Positions 45,544 to 54,870 of a DNA stretch of 64,000 nt are shown piece after piece (positions within the stretch are counted from its first letter, which is position 1; each line of letters opens with the position of its first letter). The notes under the pieces are model-generated. The model made no database searches, had not been told where the DNA came from, and worked only from the letters and a program-made list of their open reading frames with translations. A program made the translations under genes and the position numbers. The stretch is from a virus: positions 32,001-96,000 of the IMG/VR virus record IMGVR_UViG_3300042448_001253. The stretch is one strand, 5' to 3'.

Positions 45544-47334
45544 TTACTCCTGAAGGATTGGTTCGGCCAGTCCTGGAGGAGCTGGCGGAGCGGCTACCGG
45601 AGCGGCTGGCTGTTCGGTAGGTGGAGTTGTCGCTTCTGTAGCTGTAGGCGTAGGTATATTGCTAGGGGTAGCAGGGTTTAGTAAGTTCTGAATCTCTGGC
45701 GGCACTGGTGCTACGGAGTTCTCCTGAGCCTTTGCACGAGTAGCTTCCATAATAGATGGAGCAACTACACCAAGCATTGCCTCAGTAAGTTCAGGTGTGA
45801 TAGCACCCTTGTCGATTACAAGACGAAGTGCAAGCTCTAGTGGGCTAGGTGCGTCTTGGTCTGAGAACCCGTGAGCACGTCTCCAAGTGTCGTAGCTAAC
45901 AGCCATCTTGCCAAAGCCGTTGTCAGCGTCTGCTGCACGGTCATTACGAGTTGCAACCTGTGATGGGTCGTACCAAATAACAAGGCGGTTTACTTCTGAC
46001 TCTGGGTAGCCTAGAGAGATTAGGTAAGGGCGTAGGTAGACGACAGTAAACGCATCTGAGATAAGAAGCATCAGCGGTTCGATGTGTGCCTTGTATAGGC
46101 TCTCGTCAATCTGTAGGGCGTTTGAGTACTTGACGTTAGCTAGACCTGAAACGATATCCTTAGGAACATCTAGACCTTGCATGATGCGTTCTAGAACACG
46201 CTCTGAACGCTCAGCTAGGGATGGGTCGAATGAACGCTCAAACTTGAACTGCTTGATTTTATCGCCGAGCTCAGCAGGTCCACGAATAATAAGTGGCACA
46301 ACTGCGGACGCTGAATCCTCGTCCTTGATAGGAGTAAGCATTGCGTCAATAAGTTGGTCTTCAAAATCGTCAGCAGCTTCTTCAGCGTTGTACTGTTCGT
46401 TGTAGTTGCCTTCTTCGTCGTAAGGGTAGTCAGGGTCTGGAGCAGATGCAACAGAAAGACCATCTGGTAGATACAAAGCACCAGCGTTCAGACGTGAGCG
46501 GGCAGTCGCACGGAAAGTGCGGTTTAGAAGTAGTAGTTCAGCACAAAGGTCTAGAAGACCACGGAGGCTTGAATCTGATTCTTGGCTGTAGCGTGGGTGT
46601 GATTTCCAGATACGTCCGATGAAAGCATTGTTCGGTAGGCGGATAACATCAGCACCACCAGTCGACATCATAGATGAACCTGTAGAGATATCTCTACGAG
46701 GGTTGATGATGTAGTTTCCCTTTTGGTCAATCTGAAGTTCGTCAGTTGAGCGGATGTCCCAGCTCTCAGGAAGTCCAGTACCGATTCGCTCTGGAACCTG
46801 AACTAGGTAGCACTCACCTGTAACCTGTAGGTTTAGGGCACAGTCCTTTAGCAGACCTGCCTGACCTCCGTAGGCTGAGTCAAGACGCTCTAGTGCACGT
46901 TCGGCAGCTGCAGCTAAGTCTTTATCAACAACGTTCGATTTGCGAACAGTGATAGGAGCTTCTGATGGGTCTTCAACAATCGCAGCGTAAAGACGGATAC
47001 GAGATACAACTGAGGCAACAAGGTTGAATGCGTACTTGACTTCACCAATAGCGTCATAGTACTCCCACGCTTCAGTTTGCCAAGCTGTCGATGCTGCTTG
47101 ACGACGGGACTTGAAATATTGTGCCTCACCCTTGTCGTTCATCTTGATTTGAACAGCGGCGGCAGTTAGAGGACGTGGCTGGTTGTAGCCAGCAGGTTGT
47201 GCGTAAACGATTCCGAAAGAATCTACATAAGGAGCAGGGGATACTGGTCTAGAGCCTGGAGCAGATGCTCTTAGCTGAGGTCTAGCTTGCGCTTGGCGTG
47301 GTTCTTTACCTGGTTCACGCTTGAAAATGCCCAA
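45544..47334 (-). CDS. Portal protein
   Basis: 596 aa after terminase. AWEYYDAIGEVKYAFNLVASVVSRIRLY…LNLQVTGECYL…IWKSHPRYSQESDSSLRG, an actinophage portal pattern. Confidence 0.85.
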   Translation of the reverse strand: MGIFKREPGKEPRQAQARPQLRASAPGSRPVSPAPYVDSFGIVYAQPAGYNQPRPLTAAAVQIKMNDKGEAQYFKSRRQAASTAWQTEAWEYYDAIGEVKYAFNLVASVVSRIRLYAAIVEDPSEAPITVRKSNVVDKDLAAAAERALERLDSAYGGQAGLLKDCALNLQVTGECYLVQVPERIGTGLPESWDIRSTDELQIDQKGNYIINPRRDISTGSSMMSTGGADVIRLPNNAFIGRIWKSHPRYSQESDSSLRGLLDLCAELLLLNRTFRATARSRLNAGALYLPDGLSVASAPDPDYPYDEEGNYNEQYNAEEAADDFEDQLIDAMLTPIKDEDSASAVVPLIIRGPAELGDKIKQFKFERSFDPSLAERSERVLERIMQGLDVPKDIVSGLANVKYSNALQIDESLYKAHIEPLMLLISDAFTVVYLRPYLISLGYPESEVNRLVIWYDPSQVATRNDRAADADNGFGKMAVSYDTWRRAHGFSDQDAPSPLELALRLVIDKGAITPELTEAMLGVVAPSIMEATRAKAQENSVAPVPPEIQNLLNPATPSNIPTPTATEATTPPTEQPAAPVAAPPAPPGLAEPILQE

Positions 47335-47371
47335 AGGGGACTCCCTGTCTTAGTTTAACGGAACGAACTGA

Positions 47372-47659
47372 TTATCTAATTCGTGCGGCTAAGTAACCAA
47401 CAATAGTTGATATTGCTAGAACTAATGATACCACAACTGTAGGATACGGAATTAGAAGGTATGAAGAAATAAGTATAGTGGACACCCAGATGCTCGTACA
47501 CCAGTCGCAGGTGATTAGGTAGCCAAGATTTATCTTGTCGGGCGAAAATTTGTTCCAAATCTTTTCTCGCAGAGGAGAGAAGATAGTGTCCGTTGTGATT
47601 AGACGAGTAAGTCGGTGAGCTGCAAGAGCAAGAATGATAAAAGTGAATACGTCTGGCAT
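47372..47659 (-). CDS. DUF1360-like membrane protein (start adjusted to MPDVF)
   Basis: LALAAHRLTRLITTDTIFSPLR…YLITCDWCTSIW. Confidence 0.7.
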   Translation of the reverse strand: MPDVFTFIILALAAHRLTRLITTDTIFSPLREKIWNKFSPDKINLGYLITCDWCTSIWVSTILISSYLLIPYPTVVVSLVLAISTIVGYLAARIR

Positions 47660-47661
47660 AG

Positions 47662-48021
47662 TTAGTCTCTGTTCGATGCTAAAGTCTTGTACGGATTCCA
47701 AGAACGGAGGCGTGAACCACATCCGCAAGAGGAATCACGCTTGAATGCAACCATCTTACCGGACTTTGTTACGAGTCTGTAGGTTGGGTCGTTCGGATGG
47801 TTAGTCAAAAACATGTCGTAGTCCTCTTGGAACACGATTTTTGGCCCTTCAGGGCTGTCAATGGCAACAATTACGGTGGTTTCAGTCAAAACTACCCTCG
47901 CAGTACCCACGTAGTAGACGTTTTCCTGCTCTGCGTTGGCATAAAGGGTCTCTATGTTGTCAACTACGCCCGGAGCGGCAAAAGTGGAGTGTGCAGGGAA
48001 AATATCCTCAATAATACGCAT
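47662..48021 (-). CDS. Hypothetical protein with C-terminal CGCG motif
   Basis: 119 aa, coupled to terL. Confidence 0.65.
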   Translation of the reverse strand: MRIIEDIFPAHSTFAAPGVVDNIETLYANAEQENVYYVGTARVVLTETTVIVAIDSPEGPKIVFQEDYDMFLTNHPNDPTYRLVTKSGKMVAFKRDSSCGCGSRLRSWNPYKTLASNRD

Positions 48022-49409
48022 TATCTGACCCTAAAAGTGCTGCTAGAACCTGGCATACGCCTGTTTGCCATCGATTTTGCCCTGATTTTGCCTCCTGAGA
48101 AGCCTGGTGGTGGCTTAATAAGCAGTGCAGTAAGGGCGTGAACGAGTGCATCGACTCGGTCAGGGGATTTTCCTTCGCCTGGAATCCATGTAATCATCTG
48201 AGTTTCGAGGTCCATCATCGAACGGCCGACGTGGTGGACTCTTTCTTGGTCGTAAGCCATCGTAATTGGCTCTGCACGGAGTGCTTTACCCTGTTTCGAG
48301 TGAACTTCGAGCACTTTGATGGTCGGGTCAATGGTATTGATAGCGTTTCTAACTAGTGCACCACCCTGATTTACCTCGGCAACAACAGGACAACCCCATT
48401 TACGGGCCATTTCAACGACTTTACGAGCCCAAACTTCAGGAGAACCGTGAATAGAAGCGTCTTCTAGAACCCAAGCGTTGCGTTTGTAAAGGTCATGTTC
48501 TGCTGTAGAGGCTACAACAACGATTCCGCACTCGTCTCTAGGGTTTTCAGCAACGGATGGGTCAACGCCGATTACACGCAAAGGTGTAGACATAGGGTAG
48601 GCAAAGTGTCTAGATGCCTCAATGGACTCTTCTGTCCACATCGCACCATCTCTAGCCTCAAGCATTTCACCGTAAAGCTCTTGACGAGCAAGGGCAGTAC
48701 CCTCGTAAACGCCGAGCATGGTGTCGAGGTAGGCTCCGGAGAGGTTTCCTGCGTTGTCCATGGTAGAACCCTTAGTAATGACAACCTTGCCATTTTTAGA
48801 TTCTTCAATAAGTTTGTAGAGTAGTGGGGTTCGCTTAGGGGTAGTTGTAACTAAAATCTTTGGCTGAGCACCAAGACGAGTTCCAACACGCAAGTTATCA
48901 AAAGCAGTCATACCTGCAGCATCCGGAGTTTGACGCCAAGCTGCAATCTCATCGCCCCATGCGTGAGTGAACTGAGGTCCACGGAGAGAGTCTGGTTCGT
49001 CAGCAGTAAATAGCGAGGCAACGTTTCCGTTCGGCCAGGTTAGGCGTCTCTTAGATGGCTCGTAGAGTGGACGTTCGCTGGGTGGGGTGACATTCATAAT
49101 ACCAGATTCACCTTCAACGATAACGTCTCGCACGTCTCCAGCAGTACGGGCAACGAGAGCAAAGCGTCGCTGACCAGTTGTAGTGTATCGAGCCTGTTCA
49201 CGCACCCATTCGGACGCTAGACGAGTCTTACCAAAACCACGACCTGCTAGTACAAGCCAGACGTTCCACTCACCTTCGGGTGCTTGCTGCTCAGGACGGC
49301 CCCAAACGGACCAGTCCCAGAGGAGTTGGTCTGGGTCCATGCCCGCAAGTATTTCGAAACGCTCTGCGTCTGGAAGTAGAGCGAGCTGCTCCATTATTGA
49401 TTTACCCAT
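48021..49409 (-). CDS. terL: Terminase large subunit
   Basis: Walker A AGRGFGKT, Walker B WGDE, TTTP coupling motif, RNase H-like GVDPS…SPDRVDALVHA. Confidence 0.95.
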   Translation of the reverse strand: MGKSIMEQLALLPDAERFEILAGMDPDQLLWDWSVWGRPEQQAPEGEWNVWLVLAGRGFGKTRLASEWVREQARYTTTGQRRFALVARTAGDVRDVIVEGESGIMNVTPPSERPLYEPSKRRLTWPNGNVASLFTADEPDSLRGPQFTHAWGDEIAAWRQTPDAAGMTAFDNLRVGTRLGAQPKILVTTTPKRTPLLYKLIEESKNGKVVITKGSTMDNAGNLSGAYLDTMLGVYEGTALARQELYGEMLEARDGAMWTEESIEASRHFAYPMSTPLRVIGVDPSVAENPRDECGIVVVASTAEHDLYKRNAWVLEDASIHGSPEVWARKVVEMARKWGCPVVAEVNQGGALVRNAINTIDPTIKVLEVHSKQGKALRAEPITMAYDQERVHHVGRSMMDLETQMITWIPGEGKSPDRVDALVHALTALLIKPPPGFSGGKIRAKSMANRRMPGSSSTFRVR

Positions 49410-49418
49410 AAGACTATC

Positions 49419-49709
49419 CTAATCTAGAACTACTTCTCCTAGAGGGCAGTAGTCAACGTTTTTAGATTGTCTGGAGAGAATAGCACCGTTGGTGTGATAC
49501 TGAACAGAGATAGTTAGGTCGTGTTCCCACAACTTAGCGTGTCTTGAATTAGAAACTCTGTCTCCGCAAACAGAACACTTGCCGAACCAGAGGGCGTTAT
49601 CTTTTCGGAACCCGTCCTCTGGGTTCATAACATCAAAGTTCAAACCTATTCCTCGTTCTCGAATATCTTGTTGAGGCAGAGAAAGAAGTTTGGCTGTATT
49701 GGTCAGCAT
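49419..49709 (-). CDS. Hypothetical protein (CxxC)
   Basis: 96 aa, coupled to its neighbours. Confidence 0.55.
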   Translation of the reverse strand: MLTNTAKLLSLPQQDIRERGIGLNFDVMNPEDGFRKDNALWFGKCSVCGDRVSNSRHAKLWEHDLTISVQYHTNGAILSRQSKNVDYCPLGEVVLD

Positions 49710-50290
49710 TATCTTAGGCGGTTCTCAGCAAGAATCGGGTTGTAAACCTTAGAGGTTGCGTTGATTGGCTTCTTGTATCCGTAGCGAACCAAGCGGAAAC
49801 GTAGAGCACCGTGGGTTACACCTAGACGCTTTGCAAGTCGGTAAAGGGTTACGCCTTCAACAACGTGAGCGTGGTTCAGAAGGGCTGTGTATTCTTCTGC
49901 CTCGGCACGGAACTTCTTACCATTCGAGCGAACCTGCTGAGCAAGTGGCTGTAGTTCTAGAAGGCGGGCTAAAGTCTCTGGAGTTGGCTCGATGTAGACA
50001 GGGCGGACACGCTCTGGCTTTACTGGAGGAGTAGGAATCGTGATTCCTGTGTCTAGAACCGCTGGGGTAATAGGAGTTGCGTTTGCAATCTGACGCACAC
50101 GTTCACGAGTCAGGTGGGTTGCAGCTGCAATAGCCTCAAGGGTCCAGTGCTGGTTGCGTAGTTCACGGATTAGTTGGTCTCTAGTGTCAGAGTCAATAAT
50201 GTCTTCGAACGCCTCAAAGATGTGCTGCGGCAGCATCTGGTTCTTTTTGATGTAGGCCGGGGTGGTGGCTGGGGTGGTAGTGATTGTCAT
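49709..50290 (-). CDS. Double helix-turn-helix DNA-binding protein
   Basis: WTLEAIAAATHLTRERVRQI and VTLYRLAKRLGVTHGALRFRL. Confidence 0.8.
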   Translation of the reverse strand: MTITTTPATTPAYIKKNQMLPQHIFEAFEDIIDSDTRDQLIRELRNQHWTLEAIAAATHLTRERVRQIANATPITPAVLDTGITIPTPPVKPERVRPVYIEPTPETLARLLELQPLAQQVRSNGKKFRAEAEEYTALLNHAHVVEGVTLYRLAKRLGVTHGALRFRLVRYGYKKPINATSKVYNPILAENRLR

Positions 50291-50364
50291 GTTTTTCTTT
50301 CTGTTAGATTATGTAGTTTTGTATTTGTCGCTGTGTCATTTGATACTACTTTATAGGATTTAGT

Positions 50365-50703
50365 TTAGTCTGTCAAATCGGAGTTTGGCGTGTCTTTGGT
50401 TGGCTTCTTTTTAGGGGCTGGAGCCTTACGTGGGAAAGGGCGTTCTGAACGTCTTTCAGCAATGTGAACAGGAACTTCGGTGATGTCAACCTGAATCATG
50501 TTGTATTTGGTTTCGGCGTTCTTTACTGAAACGTCAACAACGTTGATACAAGCCTTGGTAAAGAAACTGATTTCTTCTATCTCTTTGATTAGGGTGTCTT
50601 CGGGGCAGGTAATAGCAATAGAGCAGTCAAACTTGTTGAATATCTCTGTTTCTGGAAGTGCTGACCGGTATTCTTGTGCGTTTTCAACTAGTAGTCGAAT
50701 CAT
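50365..50703 (-). CDS. Hypothetical protein
   Basis: 112 aa with RBS GAAAGAGAG. Confidence 0.55.
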   Translation of the reverse strand: MIRLLVENAQEYRSALPETEIFNKFDCSIAITCPEDTLIKEIEEISFFTKACINVVDVSVKNAETKYNMIQVDITEVPVHIAERRSERPFPRKAPAPKKKPTKDTPNSDLTD

Positions 50704-50726
50704 TTGGTGCTCTCTTTCTGTTTAGG

Positions 50727-50903
50727 TTACTTTTTTAGGCGGTAAAACTCTTCTTCGTCTTCTGGATAAAAGTCTTCTTCGTCATAGGTTCCGCCCTCGG
50801 ATGCTCCGACAACGATAGCTAGAACAAAGATAGAAATAACTAGCGTAGCAATACCACCTAGAACGGTGAGAATAATGGTGAAGAACGGGGTCAAGTCAAT
50901 CAT
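50727..50903 (-). CDS. Small single-TM protein with acidic tail (not in the ORF track)
   Basis: 58 aa, MIDLTPFFTIILTVLGGIATLVISIFVLAIVVG…DEEDFYPEDEEEF; TAATG coupling. Confidence 0.55.
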   Translation of the reverse strand: MIDLTPFFTIILTVLGGIATLVISIFVLAIVVGASEGGTYDEEDFYPEDEEEFYRLKK

Positions 50904-51076
50904 TAGTTGCTCCTAGAAGAAAGGGTGGCAAGGGTCAAGGCGGTTAGGCCGAGGGCAATAGGTGCGGCGACGTTTTCAGGTGCGAGTACTGCTGACAAGA
51001 TGGCAGACGCCCCTAAGAGAACGGCGGAGACAGCGGACCAAGAAATGGACCTAAGAGTAATTAGTAGTTTTATCAT
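50903..51076 (-). CDS. Small two-TM membrane protein (not in the ORF track)
   Basis: 57 aa, MIKLLITLRSISWSAVSAVLLGASAILSAVLAP…IALGLTALTLA…; RBS AGGA. Confidence 0.5.
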   Translation of the reverse strand: MIKLLITLRSISWSAVSAVLLGASAILSAVLAPENVAAPIALGLTALTLATLSSRSN

Positions 51077-51148
51077 GTGGATATCCTAGCATAAAAGTAG
51101 GGGAAGTGTTGTTGGGACAGTTTTCAGTCGTGTCCCAGGACTCTTAGC

Positions 51149-51733
51149 CTAGAGGACGGGTGTGGATTTAGCCTCAGGCTGTGGAACGACTCTCACAAAA
51201 CGAATCTGACTATTTTTATAGTTAGACAGTGGTTCGATAACTGTTGTTTTGCGTTGCTGGTGAGCATGAACAATTTTGCCATTGCCGATGTAAATAGCCG
51301 AGTGGTAGAAACTGGTGCTGCCTTGGTAGGCGAATACAACAATGTCTCCAATCTTAGGCTTAGATACACGCTCTCCTACGTGGCCTTGTTTGTTAGCGGA
51401 GTGTGGGAGTTCCATACCGAAGTGTGTATAGGCCCAGCGGACCATACCCGAGCAATCCCAACCGTAGGGGGATGAACCAGAGAAGACATAAGACGTGCGA
51501 TTTACACGAGTCTTCAGGTATTTTACAACCTTGGTCATTTTTACTTTATTACGTTGTAGCTTTTCTTTCAGTATTAGCGTTTTAGCGTAACTGATTGAAG
51601 GTGATGCAGTTTTTGTTACAGGCTTAGTGGCGGCTGCAGATACCCCCTTAGAGGGAGACTCTGCAAACACTGCTGAGGCTGAACATCCAGCTAGGGTCAG
51701 CAGTATTACTGACGCAACAATGGACTTTTTCAT
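51149..51733 (-). CDS. NlpC/P60 (C40) cell-wall peptidase with signal peptide
   Basis: YVFSG…WDCSGMV…GDIVVF…HSAIYIGNGKIVHA catalytic Cys/His/His; N-terminal MKKSIVASVILLTLAGCSASAVFA. Confidence 0.9.
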   Translation of the reverse strand: MKKSIVASVILLTLAGCSASAVFAESPSKGVSAAATKPVTKTASPSISYAKTLILKEKLQRNKVKMTKVVKYLKTRVNRTSYVFSGSSPYGWDCSGMVRWAYTHFGMELPHSANKQGHVGERVSKPKIGDIVVFAYQGSTSFYHSAIYIGNGKIVHAHQQRKTTVIEPLSNYKNSQIRFVRVVPQPEAKSTPVL

Positions 51734-51903
51734 TGGCGACCTTACCTTTCATTTCTTTAGTACTGGGGTCGTTTATTGTCGAAGTGACATTCTCTATTCA
51801 GTTGTGATGGTACTTGGTATAGAAAAGAGCCTATCTAACTTTTAGTGTCAGACAAGCTCTCCACTTAAAATGCTAGCACACTTTCTGTGGGGGGTGGTTC
51901 GAA

Positions 51904-52410
51904 TTAGCGTTTTACGCGTTTTGACATTGCTCTGTAAGTGACTCCAGCAGCGTTAGCAAGCTCACGTATTGGCACTCCAGAAGTATAGAGGCGGACGCAT
52001 ATCCCTGTCAAACGGTCGTTGGCGACGGCTGCTGCAGAGGCGTTTGGCATCTTTGAGCGGTACTGGCGGGCAATAGGGGCGAGCTCCTGAATCAGGGTCA
52101 GCTCGTCCGGAAGAATGCCTGGAGATGCAGGACGTCTGGACTGGTAGCCGTCTGGGTGGGTGGCGTAGTTCGGAGATGGGAGTGGGGCAGGGGCTGGACG
52201 CTCAGAAGTTGGCAGTTGGTAGCGTAGGACCCAAGACCGGACGGTGGAGCGAGAGCGTGGAGGGGTAAGAGAGTCGCCGATAGATTGGAGAGTCCAGCCT
52301 TGGCGGTAGAGTTCGTTGGCTCTTTGAATAAGGGCATCTTGGTCGAGAGAGTTTAGATACTCTACTTCTTGCTGAGGGAGCGCTTGATTACGGGCGGGTC
52401 TTCTATCCAT
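51904..52410 (-). CDS. Double helix-turn-helix DNA-binding protein, paralogue of 49709-50290
   Basis: GWTLQSIGDSL…RSTVRSWV and GVPIRELANAAGVTYRAMSKRV. Confidence 0.8.
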   Translation of the reverse strand: MDRRPARNQALPQQEVEYLNSLDQDALIQRANELYRQGWTLQSIGDSLTPPRSRSTVRSWVLRYQLPTSERPAPAPLPSPNYATHPDGYQSRRPASPGILPDELTLIQELAPIARQYRSKMPNASAAAVANDRLTGICVRLYTSGVPIRELANAAGVTYRAMSKRVKR

Positions 52411-52567
52411 GTAACTATCATAGCAGGCCGAGGAATGTGTACTGTACTAAATCTATGATACCTTAGCGACTAAGTGCTTTTGGCGTGTGAGAGGGTAGCG
52501 CATACAATTTGCGTTCCCCCAATTTGTTTCCTGTCGGCATTTTTTAAACCCGTCCCGTCCTACAAAA

Positions 52568-52788
52568 TACTTACCTAGGTAAATAAAAGTCATTAGGATA
52601 CGAACGACCAAACCAGACTAACAACTGAAAAAAACCGCACCCCCACAGCAACAAATTAAAAACAGATTACTTACCTAGGTAAATAAAAATAAAAATAAAA
52701 AAAGTTATTGAGATACAAATACTTACCTAGGTAAATAAAAACAATCTACTAAGCAAGTAAAAATAAATACTTACTTAGATAAATAAAA
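52568..52788. repeat. Four copies of a palindromic 21-mer TACTTACCTAGGTAAATAAAA
   Basis: Copies at 52568, 52668, 52720 (exact) and 52768 (2 mismatches); the core TTACCTAGGTAA is a perfect palindrome. Confidence 0.9.
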
Positions 52789-52799
52789 ATAATAATTAA

Positions 52800-53450
52800 T
52801 AATCATTAGGACACAAACAACTTACACACATACAAAGTCATTAGGATACAAACAATTATTTACCAAGCACACACATACAAGCACACACAAATTAAAAACA
52901 CTTACCCGCATACAAACACATAAGCACACACAAACAAAAGAACACATACACACACCTAAGAACCTAAGCACATACACACCCAGACCAGACCAGACCCAAA
53001 CAAATTACAAACACATACACACATAGAAACCCAGACCAGACCAAACCCAACTGAACACAAGCACACACATACAAACCCTTATCCGCAAACACATACACAC
53101 ATACACACATACCCGCAAACAAAGCACACACCTAAACACATACCCGCACACACCTAGACACTTACACACAAGCACACACATAAGCCCCCGCCTATTCTGC
53201 CCAAAGCAACCCCATACAGAAACGCCCTAGAACGCCCATACAAGCCATTACCCCCTAGGACATACTTTCATACCAAGCCCCTTGAGTTAGTCCATTCTCA
53301 GCGATTTAGGGTTAAGCGGGAACAAATACCCCCAAACAACTTTACATAACTACACAACAAACAACTAAGCACACAAGCACACACAAACAACTAACCCGCA
53401 CAAAGCAAAACCCCCTAGCCAATGGCTAAGGGGATAAAGCTTAAGGGTTA
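52800..53450. other. Non-coding, strongly C/A-biased (G-poor on +) low-complexity region
   Basis: ACACACATAC, ACACACAAGC and CCAGACCAGA degenerate repeats; no ORF in the track. Confidence 0.8.
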
Positions 53451-53453
53451 GGG

Positions 53454-54035
53454 TTAGCCCCAGCAAACCCCCCAGCCCTTAGACTTAGCGAATTCGGCAA
53501 TCTCTCTAAGCATTTCCAATCTTTCCTGTAAGTAACCCGCAGGTCTAGCACCCTGCCAGAAAGTAGCAGTTGGCTCGTCATTGGCTTCGGCTTCAGCCAG
53601 CCCCGCAAGTAGTCCGCCTAATAGTCCGCCCTGCCCAGTGTAGTCAGCCCCAGTTAGTTTATAGGCGGGCATACCTTCATCGGCAGGGCTAATGGCTAGA
53701 GCAATAAGAACACGCCCTAAGAAATCATCGGCAGACATAGAACCGCAAAGGTCATCAGCAACATCAACGCCCAAAGTTTCTAGCACCATAGAAGCGTTAT
53801 GGTTAGACAGGTTAACTTCAGGAAAGTAGCCCGCAGGAGCAGGGATAAAGCAATCTCTATCTTCTAGGCAGTAGTCATTTACACAGCCAGAGATAACCGC
53901 ACCTGAACGCCCAGCCCTATACGCTGATAGATAGTCAGGATAAACTTCACTAGAAACCCAGTCCCCGCAAGCACAGGTTAGGTTGTGAGCAATAGAAACG
54001 CTTTCAGGTGTAGCAGGTGAAAAAGTAACAGACAT
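53454..54035 (-). CDS. Cassette ORF, hypothetical (193 aa)
   Basis: RBS GAAAGGGAG; own promoter-like upstream region. Confidence 0.75.
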   Translation of the reverse strand: MSVTFSPATPESVSIAHNLTCACGDWVSSEVYPDYLSAYRAGRSGAVISGCVNDYCLEDRDCFIPAPAGYFPEVNLSNHNASMVLETLGVDVADDLCGSMSADDFLGRVLIALAISPADEGMPAYKLTGADYTGQGGLLGGLLAGLAEAEANDEPTATFWQGARPAGYLQERLEMLREIAEFAKSKGWGVCWG

Positions 54036-54356
54036 TTTGGAACTCCCTTTCGCCCGAACCTTTCGGGCTTATGTAATAAGCCTACACTATCCGCAACTAA
54101 ATACAAGCAAATAAACAAAAATAAATAAATAATTTTTTAGCAATAAACGGGAACAAACTTGCCCCCCCCCTAATCTCAACAAACAACCGCACAAGCCCAA
54201 GCCCAGAACCTACACACAAGCCCGCAGACAAACACACAAGCCCCAGAACCTAAACCCGTAAGCAGACACCCAAACACCCAAACACCCCCAAACACCTAAA
54301 CCCCCAACTTCTCATTAAGCCCGCAAGGGTTAGCGTATTCATTTTTTCACAACTTC

Positions 54357-54460
54357 CAAAAACAAAAACAAAAACAAAAACAAAAACAAAAACAAAAACA
54401 AAAACAAAAACAAAAACAAAAACAAAAACAAAAACAAAAAACAAAAACAAAAAACAAAAC
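54357..54460. repeat. (CAAAAA)n microsatellite, about 17 units
   Basis: Read directly; lies between the inverted box and a terminator. Confidence 0.9.
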
Positions 54461-54524
54461 TGCCCGCAAACAAAAAAAGTTCCCCCGCACTTATGCGAGA
54501 GAACTTTTTACTTTTACTTAGTTA

Positions 54525-54662
54525 TTACTTTTTGTATTTGCGAACCGCAGACACATAAGCAATTCCGCCAACTACAAAAGTCAGCAACAAACCGCCACCA
54601 AGAATAGCAACGCCAAGCAGAACAAGTTCCGCAATCTTTCCAAGCAATTCAAAAGCAAACAT
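54525..54662 (-). CDS. Cassette ORF, small membrane protein (45 aa, not in the ORF track)
   Basis: MFAFELLGKIAELVLLGVAILGGGLLLTFVVGGIAYVSAVRKYKK*; RBS GAAAGGG. Confidence 0.7.
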   Translation of the reverse strand: MFAFELLGKIAELVLLGVAILGGGLLLTFVVGGIAYVSAVRKYKK

Positions 54663-54707
54663 CTTTAACCCTTTCGTAAAGTAGCAATCTATTTGATTAC
54701 TAATGTA

Positions 54708-54735
54708 ATCTTACCAAACTTAAGCCGTAAGTCAA
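54708..54735 (-). promoter_or_regulatory. Sigma70/HrdB-type promoter
   Basis: TTGACT-16-TAAGAT with extended TG. Confidence 0.75.
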
Positions 54736-54774
54736 TGACCAACATACCCGCAAATAAATCCAGTGAAAAAATGA

Positions 54775-54870
54775 ATACCCGCACAAACACCCGCACAAAC
54801 ACCCGCACAAACACCCGCACAAAATTACGCCCGCACACTTCCCCGCACACTTCCCCGCAAGCCCCTACAC
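54775..54870. repeat. Tandem 12-bp repeats (CCCGCACAAACA)x4, then (CCCGCACACTTC)-type copies
   Basis: Read directly. Confidence 0.8.

Noticed and set aside
658-51845. Numerous short antisense or alternate-frame ORFs inside long genes (e.g. 658-912, 6980-7327, 9642-10193, 15961-16401, 24785-25195, 43922-44437)
   Set aside because: They are shadow ORFs of well-supported genes, with no recognisable motifs or RBS.
51734-51900. c-di-AMP (ydaO) or glycine riboswitch upstream of NlpC/P60
   Set aside because: The conserved consensus segments of either family could not be matched by eye; only generic hairpins were seen.
54250-54450. 66-aa ORF MFLFFVFVFV…
   Set aside because: It is a translation of the (CAAAAA)n microsatellite with no RBS or promoter context.
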